Below, piece after piece: positions 1 through 9,269 of a stretch of DNA of 64,000 bases (positions are counted from its first letter, which is position 1; each line of letters begins with the position of its first letter). The position numbers and the translations under genes were made by a program. Below the pieces are notes generated by a model. It made no database searches, was not told the origin of the DNA, and saw nothing but the letters and a program-made list of their open reading frames with translations. The stretch is taken from IMG/VR virus record IMGVR_UViG_3300031787_007614, positions 62,001 to 126,000 of that record; one strand, given 5' to 3'.

Positions 1-39
1 AGGATGAAATCCCCCGGGCATGATTACTACAGTGCTCAT
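1..39 (-). CDS. N-terminus of a probable HxGH-class nucleotidyltransferase (cytidylyltransferase-like), truncated by the window edge
   Basis: ATG at 39 lies 6 nt after a TAAATA motif; reads MSTVVIMPGGFHP, resembling the beta-strand-G-x-F-x-P start of this fold; only 13 codons visible. Confidence 0.4.
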   Translation of the reverse strand, partial: MSTVVIMPGGFHP

Positions 40-55
40 ACACTGTATTTAGTGC

Positions 56-496
56 TTACATGTGTTCCAGCAACCACAGATAAAATGGTGTGGTAAATTC
101 AAGTGTTATTGAGCCGTTACAGCCCATGGCTCCATAGAACTTGTCTTTTATGGGATCTTGTGTGCCATTGAAATCGTGTGCATAATCTGCTGTTTCATTC
201 AACAACTGAGTGATATCAACTCCGTCAATTGACACAGTATCAATGGTCAACATGGCATCAGCAGTGATATTGCCCTGATCATCAACTTGTGTGTGTTCTG
301 TAGTTTTGCCTGACATCACCAGTTGTAGTTTTTGTTCAGTGTCATCTGTATCTGGAATGTCAAATGTTACCTGACAGTTATCAGTCACATGATCTAACTT
401 AAAAACACTTTGGCCATTTAGTAAAGCTTCAAAACTCAGTGGTGCAGCGGACGAGGTGGTGCCTAACGTACACTGAAATTTAACAACTTCTGACAT
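56..496 (-). CDS. hypothetical protein (beta-rich, possibly virion-associated)
   Basis: 146-aa ORF with AAGGA RBS, within a tightly packed minus-strand operon. Confidence 0.7.
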   Translation of the reverse strand: MSEVVKFQCTLGTTSSAAPLSFEALLNGQSVFKLDHVTDNCQVTFDIPDTDDTEQKLQLVMSGKTTEHTQVDDQGNITADAMLTIDTVSIDGVDITQLLNETADYAHDFNGTQDPIKDKFYGAMGCNGSITLEFTTPFYLWLLEHM

Positions 497-504
497 GGAT
501 TTCC

Positions 505-867
505 TTAGTAAGTGGCGGTGACAGAATTTATAGTGCCACCAGAAAAGTTTTCAATTCTGCAACGCAGCCACACAAAATTACCAGTTATTGTTGCAGGATG
601 GTAATCAGTTATTGGTATAGTAGACCCATCATCAAAAATAAATGTGTTAAACCAAGTGGCTGATTCTGGTAGTGTATCCAGCGTGGCGTCAAGATAAATG
701 GTACCTTCAAAATTTTCAACACTAAAAGTCACAGTTTGCAAGCCGCCACGGCCGCGATAATAACTGGCTGCTGGCACAGCGTCTGATGCCCAGTCTTGAC
801 TTGACCCGTCGTAGTTGCCCGAAGGTTCTCCGTAAACTGTGGTGCCAAGAATGATTTCAGTGGTCAT
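505..867 (-). CDS. hypothetical protein (possibly virion structural)
   Basis: 120-aa ORF; start overlaps the upstream stop (TAATG). Confidence 0.7.
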   Translation of the reverse strand: MTTEIILGTTVYGEPSGNYDGSSQDWASDAVPAASYYRGRGGLQTVTFSVENFEGTIYLDATLDTLPESATWFNTFIFDDGSTIPITDYHPATITGNFVWLRCRIENFSGGTINSVTATY

Positions 868-1031
868 TATGCGCGATCAGCTTCCACAACAACACCGCTG
901 CCGGCTAGTTCTTCTGCAACTGATTGCAGGGCTGCCACAATGTCATCAGTGGCAATTGCTTCTGCTGTTGCATCGTCTTTGACCAATTTTGATAGTTTGA
1001 TCACAACTATTTCTTCATGTATTTTTGCCAT
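867..1031 (-). CDS. small hypothetical protein, 54 aa (not in ORF track)
   Basis: MAKIHEEIVVIKLSKLVKDD...VVVEADRA*; preceded by TAAATA; TAATG coupling to the next gene. Confidence 0.7.
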   Translation of the reverse strand: MAKIHEEIVVIKLSKLVKDDATAEAIATDDIVAALQSVAEELAGSGVVVEADRA

Positions 1032-1041
1032 AGTGTGTTAT

Positions 1042-1737
1042 TTATTGTTTTTTCACTATGGGCAGAGTTTTCCTAACCATGCCCGGGCATACCATACTCA
1101 GCATGGTTTCATATTGTAGGCTATTGTGCTCGATGTAGTAATAGCTTTCAGTAACATCATTGCGCCACCAATACACCCGTGTTGGCCTAATTTCAATATC
1201 TAAAAATTCTCGCAAACTCTTGCTGGCTGCAACGTCATTGCCCTGGGTGGTTATCCATGCAGCCAGTCGAGACTTTTGTGTTTTGCCAAGTGATCGCCCA
1301 CGGAAATAAGTGCGGTATTGATACTGTGGATTTTTTAATAAAATTGTATCAGGTGGCAAATTGAGTTCTGCTCGTTTGAGATCTACAGACTCAATCCAAT
1401 CGCATGCCATCAATCGACCATGCAAGCCAAGATTGTTTGTGTACACTGTGAGATAATTGTTGAAAAACACCATTTTCTTTGGGGGAGTTTCTGCTGCCAA
1501 CAGTGCTCGCATGCCTTCTAAATTGTCACAACAGCGTGTGGTAAATTTGCTTATAAATTTTTCGCCATAGCGTTGGTAATGAGAATTTCTACTAGCTTCG
1601 TACTCCATTCTCACGCGAATGTGTGACTGCATTTTCTTTTGATCAAGACTGCGAATACACCCAATTTCGTCCTGCTGCCAGGTCATGGCATATTCATATG
1701 CGTTGTAGTACAACGAACTACGCGATTCACTTCTCAT
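1042..1737 (-). CDS. hypothetical protein
   Basis: 231-aa ORF overlapping the end of clpA. Confidence 0.7.
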   Translation of the reverse strand: MRSESRSSLYYNAYEYAMTWQQDEIGCIRSLDQKKMQSHIRVRMEYEASRNSHYQRYGEKFISKFTTRCCDNLEGMRALLAAETPPKKMVFFNNYLTVYTNNLGLHGRLMACDWIESVDLKRAELNLPPDTILLKNPQYQYRTYFRGRSLGKTQKSRLAAWITTQGNDVAASKSLREFLDIEIRPTRVYWWRNDVTESYYYIEHNSLQYETMLSMVCPGMVRKTLPIVKKQ

Positions 1738-4009
1738 TGTCCACCACTATAATTCCATCAACATTTACACTTGCAATCACTTCCACAGGTGCGTCCGCTT
1801 GAACATCAAACACAATTTTGTCCGCCACAACATCCGCAGTGATAGTACAATCACGCAAGCGATCAAACAGGATCTTCTTGCTCAACGGCACACGAATCAG
1901 TTCATCAATCTTCCTCGAGAGTGGTCGCGCACCCAGCTTCGAATCATAGCCCTTGTCAGCAAGCAGGTCAACTGCGCCTTCGGATAAGTTGAGACGTATA
2001 CCTTTTGCAAGCAAACTCGTTTTGAGTTCATCCACAAACTTGACCACAACTTTCTTGATTGCCAAAGTATCCAGCTTGGAGAATTTAACAATTTGGTCGA
2101 TTCTGTTGCGTAGTTCAGGCTTGAAAAACTCTTTGAGAGCTCGGTCGTCCTCACCAGTCTTTTCAAAGCTGCCAAAGCCAATGTTGTTTGCTTCACTGTC
2201 CCGTGCTCCTAAGTTTGAAGTCATGATAATGATGGTATTCTTGCAGTTGGCTTTCTTGCCGTTCGAACTGGTAATAACACCTTCATCCAGCATCTGCAAC
2301 AAGATGTTGGTAACATCAGGGTGCGCCTTTTCAATCTCATCAAACAATATTACTGCGAAGGGATTCTTGCTGATGTCAGAGATCAGTTTGCCGCCACCTA
2401 CATTGCCATCTTCAAATCCCACATAACCCGGAGGCGCACCAATAAGGCTGCTGACTGAATGACGCTCTTGGAATTCACTCATGTCATATTTCAGCAGTTT
2501 CATATCCAAATTGTCACTCAACAGTCGTGCTAGTTCTGTTTTACCTGTGCCTGTTGGGCCCAAGAACAAGAAACTCGCCATGGGCTTTTTGTCATTGGCA
2601 ATGCCAGCAAAGTTGATGTACACACGTTCCAGCACTGAATCAACTGCTGAATCTTGTCCGTACAATTTCTGCTTGATGTTGCCTTCAAGATCCACAATCT
2701 TAGCTGAACGTTCGTTTTGCAGTTTGTCTGTGGGCACACCAGTCACACGAGTCAACTGTTCTTCAATCATGGCCTTGGTAACTACTACTGTGCCCAGATC
2801 TTTCACACGCTCTCTAGCACAGGCTGCATCAATCAAGTCAATTGATTTGTCAGGATTCTTACGATCGTGTATGTAACGATTGGCCAGTTCCACAGCCGCA
2901 GTCATTGCTTCAGTTTCAATCAGCACATTATGAAACGTTTCGAGCCGGGGAGATAGACCAATAAGAATCTGCTCCGTGGTTGCAGTATCTGGTTCATCAA
3001 TTGACAAGCGGTAGAATCTGCGCATGAGTGCGCGATCTTTCTCAAATGATTCATAGTATTCTTCCCAGGTGGTCGACGCCACAACTTTCAAGTTGCCTTT
3101 GGTAATAGCAGGTTTCAGCATGTTAGCAAAGTCAAGTGAACTGTTAGAGCCTGAACCTGCGCCACGCATGGTGTGTGCTTCGTCAATGAACAAGATACAT
3201 TTCTTCTTGGTTTCAAGAGCAGCTATTACTGCTTTGAATTTTTCTTCAAACTCACCGCGATACTTTGATCCTGCCAACAATGACCCAATTTCCAGGCTCC
3301 ACACTTCGTGATCCTTAAGAAACTCTGGCACACGACCAGCCACAATTTCCTGTGCTAGTCCTTCCACAATGTGTGTTTTGCCCACACCAGGATCACCTAC
3401 CATCAGCACGTTGGCTTTGAAACGGCGTGCCAGTGTGGTGACCATTTCTTGAACTTCTGTGGCTCGCCCAATCATGGGCTCCAGACGATTGCCGCGAGCC
3501 GCACCTGTGAGATCTGTACAGTACTCAGTGAGTATTTCTGTGGCCTGTGCTTGACTCAGCTTGGCGTCTGAGTGAGTGTAGGTCTTTTGCCAATGATCCA
3601 CAAACTCCTGTTTCTTCACACCATACTTCAACAAGAAGTAGTGTGCATGACTGTTGGTTTCTGCCATGATTGAAAGATACACATCAATCACAGTGAGTGT
3701 TCTGCGTCCAGTAAACATGACCTGTACATTGGCACGATTGAAAATGCGTTCCAGTGCAGTGGTCTTTCGAGGTTGTATATCTGCGCTTTTACTCACAATA
3801 GAAATCAAGCTGTTGAGGTAGCTGTCTACTTCTTGATCCAGCATGCCAGAGTCGGTGCCAAATTTGTCCAGAGTTTTTCTAAATGGCTGGTGCCGTATCA
3901 GGGCCAACAGCAAATGTTCTGTGGTCACGTATTCGTGACTTTTGGAACGAGCCAATTCAATGGCGTCTTCTACGATACTTTCGAGTTCAGAATGTTGTGA
4001 CATGGGCAT
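1727..4009 (-). CDS. clpA: ATP-dependent Clp protease ATP-binding subunit, ClpA-like
   Basis: Clp N-domain (HEYVTTEHLLLAL), two AAA modules (GDPGVGKT / LFIDEAH; GPTGTGKT / LFDEIEKAH), IGF loop (NNIGFGS), FKPELRNRID, GARPL; 760 aa with no ClpB middle domain. Confidence 0.93.
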   Translation of the reverse strand: MPMSQHSELESIVEDAIELARSKSHEYVTTEHLLLALIRHQPFRKTLDKFGTDSGMLDQEVDSYLNSLISIVSKSADIQPRKTTALERIFNRANVQVMFTGRRTLTVIDVYLSIMAETNSHAHYFLLKYGVKKQEFVDHWQKTYTHSDAKLSQAQATEILTEYCTDLTGAARGNRLEPMIGRATEVQEMVTTLARRFKANVLMVGDPGVGKTHIVEGLAQEIVAGRVPEFLKDHEVWSLEIGSLLAGSKYRGEFEEKFKAVIAALETKKKCILFIDEAHTMRGAGSGSNSSLDFANMLKPAITKGNLKVVASTTWEEYYESFEKDRALMRRFYRLSIDEPDTATTEQILIGLSPRLETFHNVLIETEAMTAAVELANRYIHDRKNPDKSIDLIDAACARERVKDLGTVVVTKAMIEEQLTRVTGVPTDKLQNERSAKIVDLEGNIKQKLYGQDSAVDSVLERVYINFAGIANDKKPMASFLFLGPTGTGKTELARLLSDNLDMKLLKYDMSEFQERHSVSSLIGAPPGYVGFEDGNVGGGKLISDISKNPFAVILFDEIEKAHPDVTNILLQMLDEGVITSSNGKKANCKNTIIIMTSNLGARDSEANNIGFGSFEKTGEDDRALKEFFKPELRNRIDQIVKFSKLDTLAIKKVVVKFVDELKTSLLAKGIRLNLSEGAVDLLADKGYDSKLGARPLSRKIDELIRVPLSKKILFDRLRDCTITADVVADKIVFDVQADAPVEVIASVNVDGIIVVDNEK

Positions 4010-4031
4010 GAGTTAAGTTGTTACCTTGTGT

Positions 4032-4060
4032 ATTGTAGCACATTGTTGTGAGTAATGCAA
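4032..4060 (-). promoter_or_regulatory. sigma70-type promoter for clpA
   Basis: TTGCAT-N17-TACAAT on the minus strand. Confidence 0.6.
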
Positions 4061-4072
4061 TACTCAAAATAT

Positions 4073-4849
4073 TTATTTGTGATGCTTTTGGATAGCTTCA
4101 CGAATTTCTGGGGCAATGTGTATGGGCAATTCGGTTGATATGCGAACAAACGCATCGCCCTGCTGACCTTGACGATTGGGCAGACCACGACCTTTGAGTC
4201 TTAGCAGTGTGCCCGGTTGAGTGCCCGACGGCACAGTCATAGACAATTCATTGCCTAGCAAATCTCTAACTCGAATGTCCGCACCCAATATCAAATCAAA
4301 CACATTGATTTTGCGATTGGTAATCAAGTTTAGTCCTTGCCGTTCCCAGTTTGGATCTGGTTGCACTCGATACTGCACCACTAGATCTGCGCCACCTGGG
4401 CCCAGGCCTTGGTATTGCACATTGTCTCCGTCGTCAATGCCACGCGGTACTTCAATTTCAACTGCTTGGGCACCTTGCTGTGTACCAATGGTCACTGTGC
4501 GCTGTCCACCAGTTGCAACGTCAGCAAGACTGATCCAGAGACTCATTCTCACATGACCTCTACGAGCTTGCTGTTGCGCAAAGTTCTGTCCAAACATGCT
4601 TGAAAAAATATCATTCATGTTGAAGTGTGTGCCGTTGGGGAATCCCCCAAACTGTGGGCGTGGATTGTTGTACTCAGCTCGTTTGGCTTCGTCGCCTAGA
4701 GTGTCGTAGGCTGCTTGTATCTCTTGGAACTTGGCTGTATCGCCGCCCTTGTCCGGATGATGCTGGCTGGCCAGCCGACGGAAAGCTCGTTTGATTTCGT
4801 CTTGTGTGGCAGTTCGAGCAACACCTAGTGTTGCATAGTGATCGGTCAT
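4073..4849 (-). CDS. dnaJ: DnaJ/CbpA-type J-domain co-chaperone (no Zn finger)
   Basis: J-domain with HPD (HHPDKGGD), short G/F region, DnaJ C-terminal domain (PSGTQPGTLLRLKGRGLP). Confidence 0.92.
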   Translation of the reverse strand: MTDHYATLGVARTATQDEIKRAFRRLASQHHPDKGGDTAKFQEIQAAYDTLGDEAKRAEYNNPRPQFGGFPNGTHFNMNDIFSSMFGQNFAQQQARRGHVRMSLWISLADVATGGQRTVTIGTQQGAQAVEIEVPRGIDDGDNVQYQGLGPGGADLVVQYRVQPDPNWERQGLNLITNRKINVFDLILGADIRVRDLLGNELSMTVPSGTQPGTLLRLKGRGLPNRQGQQGDAFVRISTELPIHIAPEIREAIQKHHK

Positions 4850-4850
4850 G

Positions 4851-4883
4851 AAAAAGGCCCTGTATGTTTAATTATACAGGGCC
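4851..4883 (-). terminator. intrinsic terminator overlapping the dnaJ promoter
   Basis: minus strand GGCCCTGTAT-aattaaac-ATACAGGGCC followed by TTTTT. Confidence 0.65.
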
Positions 4884-4899
4884 CGGTACTGGTTGTCAA
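4871..4899 (-). promoter_or_regulatory. consensus sigma70 promoter for dnaJ
   Basis: TTGACA-N17-TATAAT. Confidence 0.8.
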
Positions 4900-4900
4900 A

Positions 4901-4978
4901 TTAACGAAACTTATTGTAGTAGTCCCAGCACCACCAGCCAATGCCAGCAGCCACCACAACAAACAATAACCATTCCAT
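4901..4978 (-). CDS. 25-aa single-pass membrane microprotein (not in ORF track)
   Basis: MEWLLFVVVAAGIGWWCWDYYNKFR*; TAATG coupling to the upstream stop. Confidence 0.5.
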   Translation of the reverse strand: MEWLLFVVVAAGIGWWCWDYYNKFR

Positions 4979-5184
4979 TACTTTTTCTCCGGCACTTTGG
5001 TGCCATCTAGTTTTTTGTGCTGTTTGACTTCTTTACAGCTTTGCTTGGTCTTGCCTGTTTTGGGATCTTTTACTTCCTTGCCGTCTTTCTTTACGTCAAC
5101 GCAGACTCGTTTGGTTTCTTTGGCTTCGTCAGCAATTGCTGGCAAACTAAGAATTAATCCTGCTACAAATATAATATTTTTCAT
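4978..5184 (-). CDS. small secreted basic protein
   Basis: signal peptide (MKNIIFVAGLILSLPAIA-), two Cys, Lys-rich mature part; AAGGA RBS. Confidence 0.7.
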   Translation of the reverse strand: MKNIIFVAGLILSLPAIADEAKETKRVCVDVKKDGKEVKDPKTGKTKQSCKEVKQHKKLDGTKVPEKK

Positions 5185-5205
5185 TTTGATTTTCCTTTTT
5201 AGTTA

Positions 5206-5742
5206 TTATCGTTCTGGATAGTCAGTTATGGCTGGCGGAGCTTTTTTACCACCAAACCCAATGGTTACTTCAGTAAATCCAGCCGCTGGTGCTCCAAAGC
5301 CTGTTGCAGGTGCGCCTCCAAATGCGCTTCCGCCTCCCAGGGGTTGTGAGCCCCAGGTGTTTGTGGTTGGTGCACCAAAACCACCGGGTGCGGCTGGCTG
5401 TTGTACTGATCCCGGAGGCGTATATGTTGTACCGACATTTGATGGTAAGTTGATTCCGCCATTGTTGGCTCCTCCTAGTTTTTCTTGTGTGCGACCATAA
5501 GCCGCAATACCCAGCACAGCACCCATGGCAATGTGATACAGGCCTGCACCTTGCAAGGTGATAGGTTGCCACTGCACGTTGACTTGACCTTTTGAAAGGC
5601 TTTGTAGTATAGACCACAACACTGGAAATATCACAAAATCTGCAATGCAGGTCAGCATGTATGACCAACCCATCATGGGCCGCCATTTTGAGTTCATCCA
5701 GTCTTCTTTTTTCTTTTCTGATTCTGACATTTTTGTTGTCAT
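5206..5742 (-). CDS. holin, 3TM / GTA-holin-like family
   Basis: KWRPMMGW motif, hydrophobic helices, GAVLGIAAYGRTQEK; low-complexity tail; near the endolysin. Confidence 0.7.
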   Translation of the reverse strand: MTTKMSESEKKKEDWMNSKWRPMMGWSYMLTCIADFVIFPVLWSILQSLSKGQVNVQWQPITLQGAGLYHIAMGAVLGIAAYGRTQEKLGGANNGGINLPSNVGTTYTPPGSVQQPAAPGGFGAPTTNTWGSQPLGGGSAFGGAPATGFGAPAAGFTEVTIGFGGKKAPPAITDYPER

Positions 5743-5754
5743 GTTGTTTCCTTA

Positions 5755-6069
5755 TTAAGTTGATAGTGTGATTGGGAATATTGTGCCAACCTTAGGCGTA
5801 TCCCAAAAAATGTCAATGTAAGTAGGACCATAGTCATCCCACTGCGTAATAGTTGCTGTGGTGCTGTCCTGAAAAGTGATTGTACTACCCACTGGATATG
5901 TGGCAATCACTGTGGCACTGTATGGTATTCCTGCGGCTTGAGGATTCCACCCTGTTACCCCACCTGTATCGCTGGTGGGAATGACCAATGGAGGCGGAGG
6001 TGGTGCGGCTCCGCTGGTTAGTTGAAGACCTGTGCCTAAAGTAATACCTGAACCTATTATCATTGCCAT
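5755..6069 (-). CDS. putative virion accessory protein (IGxGI N-terminal motif)
   Basis: MAMIIGSGITLGTG start followed by a Pro linker. Confidence 0.6.
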   Translation of the reverse strand: MAMIIGSGITLGTGLQLTSGAAPPPPPLVIPTSDTGGVTGWNPQAAGIPYSATVIATYPVGSTITFQDSTTATITQWDDYGPTYIDIFWDTPKVGTIFPITLST

Positions 6070-6072
6070 ATA

Positions 6073-6801
6073 TTAATATCCAAATCTTGTTTTGTATTGA
6101 GCGTACAAACCTTGTACGTCTCCCAGCGTTAATATTCCGTTGTAGGCCTTGACAAATCCTATGTCGCCAGTTTGCACTTCGGTGCCTGCTGAACGACTGA
6201 ATAATCTTATTTGATTGGGGCCGCCGCCGCTGCCTAGATTAGTGGCTGTAAAAGAAGTGGTAGTTGGTTGAGCACTTGTTGCTGTGTACACTTGGCCTAG
6301 GCCGGTGCTGGCGTTCCAAGTACCCCATATAAAGTTCCACACAGCATTTGTTCCTGAGCTGGGCAAGTTAACTGCATAGTTGGGATAGAATGCATTTACA
6401 AAACCATTGTAGGCACCCATCATCCAGTCTCTAGTGGCTTCACTTTGTGTGTTTAACAATCTACCAGAACTTGTGACCGACAACTTGTAGGTTGCAAACA
6501 CTGAATAACTCTGACCAGTACTCCAGTTGGGACCGCCGCGGATACTGTCAGTTCCAGTGGCGTTAGATTTTCTGAACAACCCACCATTGTCAGCTTGCCA
6601 GCTAATACTGCCGCCTGCATTGGCCACTGTTAGTGTGCGTTCTCCTGTGGTACCTGTTCCTTCTGTGACTGATCCGTTGGTGGGCACAGCTGAGTAATTG
6701 GCTGCATCTAAATCATAAATCAAACTCACTGTTGGCGCAAACCCACCACCAGCAGTGACTCCTGGTCCTATTTCAATTCCGGGTCCTATTACTATTGGCA
6801 T
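6073..6801 (-). CDS. LamG/concanavalin-A-like lectin domain virion protein
   Basis: LIYDLDAAN start; GDIGFVKAYNGILT...YAQYKTRFGY C-terminus typical of phage LamG-like domains. Confidence 0.7.
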   Translation of the reverse strand: MPIVIGPGIEIGPGVTAGGGFAPTVSLIYDLDAANYSAVPTNGSVTEGTGTTGERTLTVANAGGSISWQADNGGLFRKSNATGTDSIRGGPNWSTGQSYSVFATYKLSVTSSGRLLNTQSEATRDWMMGAYNGFVNAFYPNYAVNLPSSGTNAVWNFIWGTWNASTGLGQVYTATSAQPTTTSFTATNLGSGGGPNQIRLFSRSAGTEVQTGDIGFVKAYNGILTLGDVQGLYAQYKTRFGY

Positions 6802-6802
6802 A

Positions 6803-8350
6803 TCATGTCCTCATGCTTGTGTTACTTACTGACACTGGGCCGCTTATGTTGCCGCCGCTGGTTGTGTTAAATGCCTGATAGGCAAATCTATTGGGTCCAC
6901 CGTGCAGAATTTCTTCATTGCTGTAGTCAGTTTGCGATCCTGTGTCATACAGCATGTTGGGAGTGCTCATAGCAATGACCTTGGCTCGTATCTGTGCTGG
7001 GGTAGCTGTGGGGTAAACTTGTAGCAGTTGAGCAGCCAGGCCAGCGACATTGGGACTGGCCATTGACGTGCCTGAAATACTCATTATCAAGTAGCTGGCA
7101 TTGAATGGATATGGTGTGGTAGCACCAAATGCATTGCTGGTACTGGTGGTACTCACAATGTTTGTGCCAGGTGCATAAATATCCACCCTGGGCCCAGATT
7201 CACTAGAGCCACTTTTGTGTTCAGGATTGTCATATCCAGTGCTGACGTTGCCCACACAGATCACTCCATCAGCACTGGCCGGTGATCCGCCGCGCATGTA
7301 ATACCTAGGAGTGCTTGTTTGATAAAAAAAGTTATCGTAATCAGGGCCGCCTGGCACATCTAAAGTTTGATAGTAATTGCCGGCTGCGCCCACTAACACC
7401 ACACCTGCTGCCAGCAATTCGGCCACATCCACATCCACACTGTCTACTCTTACACCAAAGCGATTGGATGCACTGCCAATCATACCAAATGTAGCTTGTT
7501 TGGCAGACCCACTCCAGGGCGTTCCACGATAAATGCCACCATTGATACTGGTGAACGTGTTGATGTAACTCCAGCTCATGTTTACAACTGTGGGTCGTTT
7601 GTATCCTGTGGCGGGGTCCACAGTTTTGTTGTTGTGCCACCCTTTGATGCAGTCAAACACATCTGTGGTTGATATACCATTGGTGGGTGCCACGTTGAGT
7701 CCACTCACAGTCATACAGTAAATTCTAGCATTTTTAGCACGACCGTATGTTTTGCCCGCGGCAATGCCACAACAGTGTGTGCCATGTCCGTCATAGTCGG
7801 TGTAGAAATTAGCAGGCATGGTACCTGCAATACCTGACGCTGTGTACCAGTCAATTTGTTGTACTCTAGTCACGCCAGCTGCATCCGTAAACTCAGGATG
7901 GTCAACTTGCAGTCCTGAGTCTTGTACCACAAAGTCTACTCCAGTGCCGTCCAAGGGATAGTTGTAGGTCAATGTACCTGATGAACCAGGAGTGTTCATT
8001 GTGGTTGAATTCAGTCTAAACAACCCCCAATTGATTCCAAGATTGTTGGCAGGATTGGTGCCGGGACTTTTGTAATACAAGCCAGTTTGTGAGGCATTGT
8101 TGTGGATTTCAATATCTGTTCGTTGCTCAGGCGGTATCTCCACACAATACACTCTGGGGTCTTGACGCAGTTTGTCTGCTTCGTCATCAGTTAACTCATA
8201 CCAACACTGGCGTAGACTGGTGGGACGTTCATTCACAATTGCCACCCCGCGTTGGGGCACGTAGACGCTGCCTGATCCGTCAGTTTCTATTTCCTGCCAG
8301 AAAGCATCATAATCAACACCTTCATTTAATGCTACGTTATATGTGGTCAT
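6803..8350 (-). CDS. subtilisin-like S8 serine peptidase with N-terminal prodomain
   Basis: catalytic motifs VVQDSG, HGTHCCG, AAGN, GTSMASPNVAG. Confidence 0.92.
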   Translation of the reverse strand: MTTYNVALNEGVDYDAFWQEIETDGSGSVYVPQRGVAIVNERPTSLRQCWYELTDDEADKLRQDPRVYCVEIPPEQRTDIEIHNNASQTGLYYKSPGTNPANNLGINWGLFRLNSTTMNTPGSSGTLTYNYPLDGTGVDFVVQDSGLQVDHPEFTDAAGVTRVQQIDWYTASGIAGTMPANFYTDYDGHGTHCCGIAAGKTYGRAKNARIYCMTVSGLNVAPTNGISTTDVFDCIKGWHNNKTVDPATGYKRPTVVNMSWSYINTFTSINGGIYRGTPWSGSAKQATFGMIGSASNRFGVRVDSVDVDVAELLAAGVVLVGAAGNYYQTLDVPGGPDYDNFFYQTSTPRYYMRGGSPASADGVICVGNVSTGYDNPEHKSGSSESGPRVDIYAPGTNIVSTTSTSNAFGATTPYPFNASYLIMSISGTSMASPNVAGLAAQLLQVYPTATPAQIRAKVIAMSTPNMLYDTGSQTDYSNEEILHGGPNRFAYQAFNTTSGGNISGPVSVSNTSMRT

Positions 8351-8351
8351 A

Positions 8352-9098
8352 TTAAATTAAATTGGCCCAGGCACCATTTTCGTAACCCTGAAACTTGTTA
8401 GTAGATGAGTTGTAAATCATGTCACCATTGGCTGCAATTGTGTTGGCAATTTGTGCTGTGGTTAAACTAGGCAGTCGGAACGTGCCACCGCCAACTACTC
8501 TAACTGCTGACACAGCTGACAGATCCAAGTTTGTGGCTGAACTCAGTGTGGGTGTGCCTGCGCCGCCACCTATAAAGTTTGCGGCTGTTACGTTGCCAGT
8601 AACGCTGACAAAACTAAATGCATCTGCTCCAAATCCATTACCTACTAGGTTGCCGGACAAGTTGCCGCTGAGTGATGCCACTCCACCTGAAATTCCAGTC
8701 AACTGTGATCCATTGCCCACAAAGAAACTACCAATGATATTAGCGCCAGATGTGATGGTTCCTGTAGCAGAAATCAATCCTGTGGTGTTGAGGTTGCCAG
8801 CTTGTACATTACCTGTGGCACTCACTGTGGCGCCTTGTACCAGGGCCACAGACGTTACGTTGCCACCACGCACATTGCCAGTGGCCAACACGCCTGATGC
8901 TGTGTTCACGTTGCCTGTGGCTGTAACCAAGCCGCCTGTGTTCAAGTTGCCGCCTGTGATGTTGCCGGTCACAGAAGAAAAATATGTTTTCAAGTTGCTG
9001 CCTGAAATTTGATAGGTAACTCCACTGCTGACCACTGGCACAATGGCTGCATCAGTCATTGCGGCTAGTGAAGTTAGTTGTGATATTTTAATGGGCAT
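8352..9098 (-). CDS. tail-fibre-like virion protein
   Basis: IKISQL N-terminus, ATGNVxGGN repeats, GDMIYNSSTNKFQGY..GAW C-terminus. Confidence 0.75.
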   Translation of the reverse strand: MPIKISQLTSLAAMTDAAIVPVVSSGVTYQISGSNLKTYFSSVTGNITGGNLNTGGLVTATGNVNTASGVLATGNVRGGNVTSVALVQGATVSATGNVQAGNLNTTGLISATGTITSGANIIGSFFVGNGSQLTGISGGVASLSGNLSGNLVGNGFGADAFSFVSVTGNVTAANFIGGGAGTPTLSSATNLDLSAVSAVRVVGGGTFRLPSLTTAQIANTIAANGDMIYNSSTNKFQGYENGAWANLI

Positions 9099-9107
9099 GT
9101 GCTTTCC

Positions 9108-9269
9108 TTATTCTGTAATAATCTCGTCGCTGGGCGGCGAGTTTGCCAATTCTGTTGTGATGGGATCATCCGACTCTGTGGTAATGGATGTGGCCGAAGG
9201 TGTGGGCGGTGCAACTGCAACACTTATGCCCCCACCAATGGATATGCCCCCACCAATTGCTAATGGCAT
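9108..9269 (-). CDS. 53-aa protein with IGxGI N-terminal motif (not in ORF track)
   Basis: MPLAIGGGISIGGGISVAVAPPTPSATSITTESDDPITTE...IITE*; abuts the endolysin stop. Confidence 0.65.
   Translation of the reverse strand: MPLAIGGGISIGGGISVAVAPPTPSATSITTESDDPITTELANSPPSDEIITE

Noticed and set aside
4851-4883. CIRCE/HrcA operator upstream of dnaJ
   Set aside because: The inverted repeat does not match TTAGCACTC-N9-GAGTGCTAA; it fits a terminator.
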